From: Candidatus Calditenuaceae archaeon
GTDB taxonomy: Archaea; Thermoproteota; Nitrososphaeria_A; Caldarchaeales; Calditenuaceae
Reading direction: 5' to 3'
NCBI GenBank assembly: GCA_025058225.1
Contig: JANXEE010000015.1
Coordinates: forward strand, 37,808-101,807
Length of the DNA: 64,000 nt
The notes under the pieces are model-generated. The model was given only the letters and a program-made list of their open reading frames with translations, was not told the origin of the DNA and searched no databases. Positions 59,994 to 64,000 of this stretch are shown in pieces (position 1 is the first letter of the stretch; every line of letters starts with the position of its first letter). The position numbers and the translations under genes were made by a program.

Positions 59994-60197
59994 TCACTCG
60001 ATCCTGACGTACCTCGACGGGTCCACCGGTTTCTTCTTCCTCGGAGAGTTCCTCAGCAGTATTCCGCAGTACGGGCACCTGACGCTGTCGGTCAGGTGGT
60101 AAACCCTGCACCTCGAACAGTACCTGTATCCGGCCGCGTAACTCCTCCTGATGATGATCTTCTCCTCCTTCTTGACCTGTCCCTGCACGACCGACAT
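59994..60197 (-). CDS. Small basic zinc-ribbon protein
   Basis: 67 aa. CSRC-x13-CPYC, a Lys/Arg-rich tail, and a TATA-like box about 30 nt upstream of the ATG. Confidence 0.5.
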   Translation of the reverse strand: MSVVQGQVKKEEKIIIRRSYAAGYRYCSRCRVYHLTDSVRCPYCGILLRNSPRKKKPVDPSRYVRIE

Positions 60198-60455
60198 CGC
60201 GGCAATATAGGGTTGCGGTTCAGATTAAAATATTACATATAGATTGCATATACTGTTAATACGGCCAGTTCATATCTACGAGGGATTAATATTTAAATTT
60301 ATTGTCTCATATTTAAGAGATAAGCGGCAGAGAGTTTGGCAGGGCGTGCGACGGAACAAAGCGAACCGGCGGAGGCCTACCGCGCCAAAAGTTACGTCGA
60401 GGCGAAATTCCAGCTCAGAACGTTTTTTATGTCAACTTCCGTATCATAAGAACCG

Positions 60456-61259
60456 ATGAGAGAGCTCTTCTCCATGTGGCGGTACACGCAGATGATCACA
60501 GCCTTCGTCGTCTCTGCAGGCCTCTACGCGGCTCTGCTCTTCGTCTTCGCGGCCCTACCGATCTGGATCATCCCAGGTGTTACGGCTGTAAGGCCGGGCA
60601 ACGCCATCCCTCCCTTCACGAGCCTGATCTTCGGGCCTGCGGCCGCTTGGGGTTCGGCCGTAGGGAACCTGATAGGCTTCGACATCTTGGGTGGCGCGCT
60701 GACCATAGGTAGCATCGGTGGGTTCATCGGTAACTTCTTCCTCGGACTGGTACCCTACAAGATCTGGCACAGGGTCTTCAGGGAGGAGCCGCACTGCAGG
60801 ACGCTCTCGAGCCTTCTGAAGTACGAGTTCGTGATACTGGTGCACTCGGGGGTAGTAGCCCTGATAATCCCCTACTGGACCGAACTGGTCGGCTTCCTGC
60901 CGTTCACGTTCCTGGCCTTCATCATCTTCTTCAACGAGCTGATCTCCGCCGGAATCATAGCTCCTGTCCTGATGGCCCTCGTTTACCCCAGAGCCAAGAG
61001 GGTCGGATGGCTTTGGACCGACGTGATGAAGGGGTACCAGTACACGCCAACGCAGGTCAAGTCACACCACAAGCTCGGAACGCTGCTGGTCTTCATCGCT
61101 GGAGTGGTGGGCGTTTGGGTGACGATGTTCGTTGGAGTAGGGTTGGGCCAGCCTCTGATGCAGTTCGCCCCGGTGTTCGCCGGTGCGCCGTTGCTGACGG
61201 TTGGTGGCGTCTTCATCCTGATATTCGCCATCGGCATGGCGTTGCTCTCGAAAGACTGA
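60456..61259 (+). CDS. Membrane substrate-capture protein, probable ECF transporter S component (QueT-like, tentative)
   Basis: 267 aa with about 7 TM helices. VRPGNAIPPFTSLIFGPAAAWGSAVGNLIG is present. It lies directly upstream of ecfA-ecfT. Confidence 0.65.
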   Translation: MRELFSMWRYTQMITAFVVSAGLYAALLFVFAALPIWIIPGVTAVRPGNAIPPFTSLIFGPAAAWGSAVGNLIGFDILGGALTIGSIGGFIGNFFLGLVPYKIWHRVFREEPHCRTLSSLLKYEFVILVHSGVVALIIPYWTELVGFLPFTFLAFIIFFNELISAGIIAPVLMALVYPRAKRVGWLWTDVMKGYQYTPTQVKSHHKLGTLLVFIAGVVGVWVTMFVGVGLGQPLMQFAPVFAGAPLLTVGGVFILIFAIGMALLSKD

Positions 61260-61343
61260 GTTTTTATTTCTTAGATCTCCGTACTCCGATCGCCCGGCGG
61301 ATCTCAGCATATATTTTGAGGGGGTGTGAATTGTAGTTGGAAT

Positions 61344-63023
61344 ATGACGAAAGCGGTCGAGGTAAGAGACGTCTGGGTGAAGTATCGAGGTTCAGCGGAC
61401 TACGCCCTCAAGGGCGTGAGCTTGGAGGTCTCCGAGGGCGAGGTCGTCGCGATCGTGGGTCCCACAGGTGCAGGGAAGACGACCCTCTGCAAGGTCATGA
61501 CAGGTCTCATCCCAAACATGGGCGTCTACGACGACTTCAAGGGTGAGGTCCGAGTATACGGCGAGTCCACCTACTCCAAGCGGGTCGGCGACATCAGCAA
61601 GTCATGTGCTATGGTCATGCAGGACTACGAAACCCAACTGTTCCGCACGACGGTCGAACTTGAGGTCGCCTTCGGACCGGAGAACCTACTTCTCGATAGG
61701 GAGGAGATTCGAAGGAGGGTACAGTGGGCTCTCAAGCTGGTGGGGCTGTCTGGGCTGGAGAAGAGGTACTCGTTCTCGCTCAGCGGAGGTCAGAAGCAGA
61801 GGCTCGCGATAGCCTCCTTGCTGTCGTTGCAACCGTCCGTCCTGATACTCGATGAGGCCACGAGCGACCTCGACCCTCGGGGGAAGAGGGAGGTCTACGA
61901 CGTGATGCGCAAGCTGATAGACGAGGAGGTCATCAAGTCGCTGGTCTTCGTCGACCATCACTTGGATAAGGTGGCGGAGTTCGCGGACAGATTGGTGACG
62001 GTGGTGGATGGGAGAATCCTGGTCGAGGGAGAGGCTAGGGATGTCCTCGGCCGAGTTGAGGAGCTCAGGTCGCTCGGCCTCAAGCCCCCTGAGGTAGCGG
62101 AGATCTGTTGGGATCTGGGAGTCAGGGCCAACTCGGTCCCAGTTCTGCTCGATGAGGCCCTCAGAGTCTTCCCGAAGGTCAGGAGTGTGAGGATGCCCGA
62201 GCGGAGGATAATCAGGGGTGAGCGCGTGGCCGCGGAACTGAGCGACCTGTGGTTCGCCTACGAGGGGCAGAACTGGGTGCTGAAAGGAGTGAACCTGAGG
62301 GTTCACGAAGGCGAGATGCTGGCGCTGATCGGGCAGAACGGCAGCGGCAAGACCACACTCGCTCAGGTGCTCATGGGGATTCTTAAGCCCAATCACGGGA
62401 AGGTATGGATCTTCGGGAGAGACGCAACCCCTGAAGACGTCTCCGAGAGGGCGAGGGACGTCGGGTACATCTTCCAGAACCCGGACTATCAGATCTTCTC
62501 GCAGACGGTCTATGAGGAGCTGGCCTACGGCCTTAGGGCTCGGGGCCTCAGCGAGGCAGATGTCGAAAGGAAGGTAAAGGAGGTGGCAGACATGACGGGC
62601 ATATCTCACCTCCTCAATGAGGATCCGTTCTTCCTTCAGAAAGGCGAGAGGCAGAGGGTCGCGGTGGCTTCCATCCTAGCTCTGAACCCCAGGATCATCA
62701 TCCTAGACGAGCCCACGACCGGCCTCTCACCAGGTGAGACGAGGGCGCTGATGAACACGGTCCTCAACCTGAACAGAGGGGGAACGACCGTGATCACCAT
62801 CACTCATGAGATGTGGGTTGTCGCCGAGTACTGCACGAGGACCGTAATGATGGCGGACGGCCGCGTGGTTCTCGACGCCCCTACTAGGGAGGCCTTCTCC
62901 AGTCGGGAGACCCTCATCGCCCACGACATCTTTCCTCCGGAGACCTGTGAGCTGTCGAGGAGGGTCGCTGGTCTGACGCTGCTGACGCCGAAAGAGTTCG
63001 TCGAACACGTGGAGGTCGTTTGA
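61344..63023 (+). CDS. ecfA: ECF transporter energy-coupling ATPase, fused EcfA1-EcfA2 (duplicated ABC domains)
   Basis: Two full ABC cassettes: GPTGAGKTT / LSGGQKQR / ILDEATSDLD and GQNGSGKTT / LQKGERQR / ILDEPTTGLS. The ATG at 61344 is preferred over the GTG at 61326. Confidence 0.9.
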   Translation: MTKAVEVRDVWVKYRGSADYALKGVSLEVSEGEVVAIVGPTGAGKTTLCKVMTGLIPNMGVYDDFKGEVRVYGESTYSKRVGDISKSCAMVMQDYETQLFRTTVELEVAFGPENLLLDREEIRRRVQWALKLVGLSGLEKRYSFSLSGGQKQRLAIASLLSLQPSVLILDEATSDLDPRGKREVYDVMRKLIDEEVIKSLVFVDHHLDKVAEFADRLVTVVDGRILVEGEARDVLGRVEELRSLGLKPPEVAEICWDLGVRANSVPVLLDEALRVFPKVRSVRMPERRIIRGERVAAELSDLWFAYEGQNWVLKGVNLRVHEGEMLALIGQNGSGKTTLAQVLMGILKPNHGKVWIFGRDATPEDVSERARDVGYIFQNPDYQIFSQTVYEELAYGLRARGLSEADVERKVKEVADMTGISHLLNEDPFFLQKGERQRVAVASILALNPRIIILDEPTTGLSPGETRALMNTVLNLNRGGTTVITITHEMWVVAEYCTRTVMMADGRVVLDAPTREAFSSRETLIAHDIFPPETCELSRRVAGLTLLTPKEFVEHVEVV

Positions 63024-63823
63024 AGTTGTCAAGGTACGTCCTCTACGCTGAGGGAAAGAGCTTCTTCCATTCCCTCGACCCGAGGTCCAAGATAGCGCTG
63101 GTCGTCTGCGTCTTCGTGTGGTCTTCGGTCTTCAATCACCCGCTCTACACGGGCACCGTGCTGGGCGCAGTGCTGGCGCTGGTGCTGATCTCGGGCGTTG
63201 CTTCACGCCTGAAGCTCTTCTGGTTCGGCCTCGTCTCCCTCGCAACCATGAGTCTCATCCTCTGGCCCCTGTTCAGGAGAGGGGGCGAGAACGTCCTCTT
63301 CGAAGCCATGGGGATCGTCTTCACCCAGGAGTCGGTGATGTACGGTCTGGCTGTGGCTTTCAGGTTGGTGGCGATGGTCCTCTCAGGCCTGCTTCTTCTC
63401 ACGACCACCAGGATTGAGGACCTGGAGCTGGCCCTCACGAGGTTGGGCATGCCCTACTCGATGGCCTTCGGGATCTCCGCGGTCTTCAGGTTCATCCCTG
63501 CCATGGTCGGTGACGGTCTCACGATCCTCGCGGCCCAGAGGGCTAGGGGAGTCAACGTGGTTAGCGGTAACGTGTTCTCGAGGATGAAGAACTCCGCAGC
63601 GATAATCGTCCCGCTCTTCATAACCACGATGCGTCGCTTCGGGGAACTGCCCCTAGCCATCGAGTCGAGGGGGTTCGTGCCAATGGCGAGGAGGAGCTAC
63701 CTGCTGGAACTCAGGTTCAGGGCTAGGGACGTGGTCTTCACGGCTACTGTCCTCTTCCTTGCGGCACTCTCGATCTACATGAGGTTAAACGGATATGGAG
63801 TGGTCTTCCCGCACGTGATCTGA
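63020..63823 (+). CDS. ecfT: ECF transporter transmembrane component EcfT (CbiQ family)
   Basis: 267 aa with about 5-6 TM helices and the conserved coupling-helix motif AQRARGV. 4-nt overlap with ecfA. Confidence 0.85.
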   Translation: MKLSRYVLYAEGKSFFHSLDPRSKIALVVCVFVWSSVFNHPLYTGTVLGAVLALVLISGVASRLKLFWFGLVSLATMSLILWPLFRRGGENVLFEAMGIVFTQESVMYGLAVAFRLVAMVLSGLLLLTTTRIEDLELALTRLGMPYSMAFGISAVFRFIPAMVGDGLTILAAQRARGVNVVSGNVFSRMKNSAAIIVPLFITTMRRFGELPLAIESRGFVPMARRSYLLELRFRARDVVFTATVLFLAALSIYMRLNGYGVVFPHVI

Positions 63824-63824
63824 G

Positions 63825-64000
63825 TTGGTCAGGAGCAGGGCCCTGTACTTCGACGGTCACGAGCTCCGCCTCATAGACGACCACGTGGTTGAGCGCGGCG
63901 GAGAGGCCCTGATCAGGGTTGGGCTGGCCGGGATCTGCGGTACCGACCTCCAGATATTGAGGGGTTACGCGAGCTTCAGGGGGGTTCCGGGGCACGAGTT
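63825..64000 (+). CDS. Zinc-dependent alcohol dehydrogenase/MDR family, N-terminal fragment (continues beyond the window)
   Basis: From TTG 63825, the frame reads LVRSRALYFDGHELRLIDDHVVERGGEALIRVGLAGICGTDLQILRGYASFRGVPGHE. GICGTDL and PGHEF are the catalytic-zinc motifs. Confidence 0.7.
   Translation, partial: MVRSRALYFDGHELRLIDDHVVERGGEALIRVGLAGICGTDLQILRGYASFRGVPGHE

Noticed and set aside
1-64000. CRISPR arrays, rRNA genes, IS elements and integrases.
   Set aside because: No regularly spaced direct repeats were seen. No transposase- or integrase-like ORFs and no rRNA-like segments were seen on either strand.

Overview
This is a visibly GC-rich, densely packed archaeal chromosomal segment with about 75 genes on both strands and many 4-nt start/stop overlaps. 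Proteins have a hyperthermophile-style composition. Lineage markers point to a TACK/Thermoproteota-type archaeon: crenactin, tRNAs with several or non-canonical introns, an EndA-family splicing endonuclease subunit, DGGGP synthase, Topo VI subunit A, aCPSF1, endonuclease Q, SecE-Spt5, L30e-NusA and a crenarchaeal-type SSB. Most of the window is housekeeping or metabolism. This includes HMG-CoA reductase (3' end), UMP kinase, Pelota, ArgG, LeuA/CimA-IlvB, NAD salvage, and a three-subunit molybdenum hydroxylase cluster with an amidohydrolase. It also includes MoaE, XdhC, Mrp/ApbC, an orphan SufC, ABC and ECF transporters, and stomatin-NfeD. Features missed by the ORF track are an RNase P RNA (about 141-447, minus), tRNA-Gln(UUG) with two introns, tRNA-Pro(UGG) with one intron, SecE (55 aa) and a 52-aa ribbon-helix-helix protein. 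No CRISPR array, rRNA, transposase or integrase was seen. The best candidate for an uncharacterised system is a stand-alone NurA-like/HerA-like nuclease-ATPase operon (29264-31623). It is flanked by two similarly built winged-helix proteins and sits directly upstream of stomatin-NfeD. Other loci worth a second look:
- Crenactin, translationally coupled to a GT-B-like DUF354 protein.
- A binding-protein/permease fusion that has lost its metal ligands.
- A 24-nt intergenic motif shared by the RNase P promoter region and a second site 48.7 kb away.
- A small protein with a ribosomal-stalk-like C-terminal tail.

All family assignments come from motif reading by eye. No database search was run.
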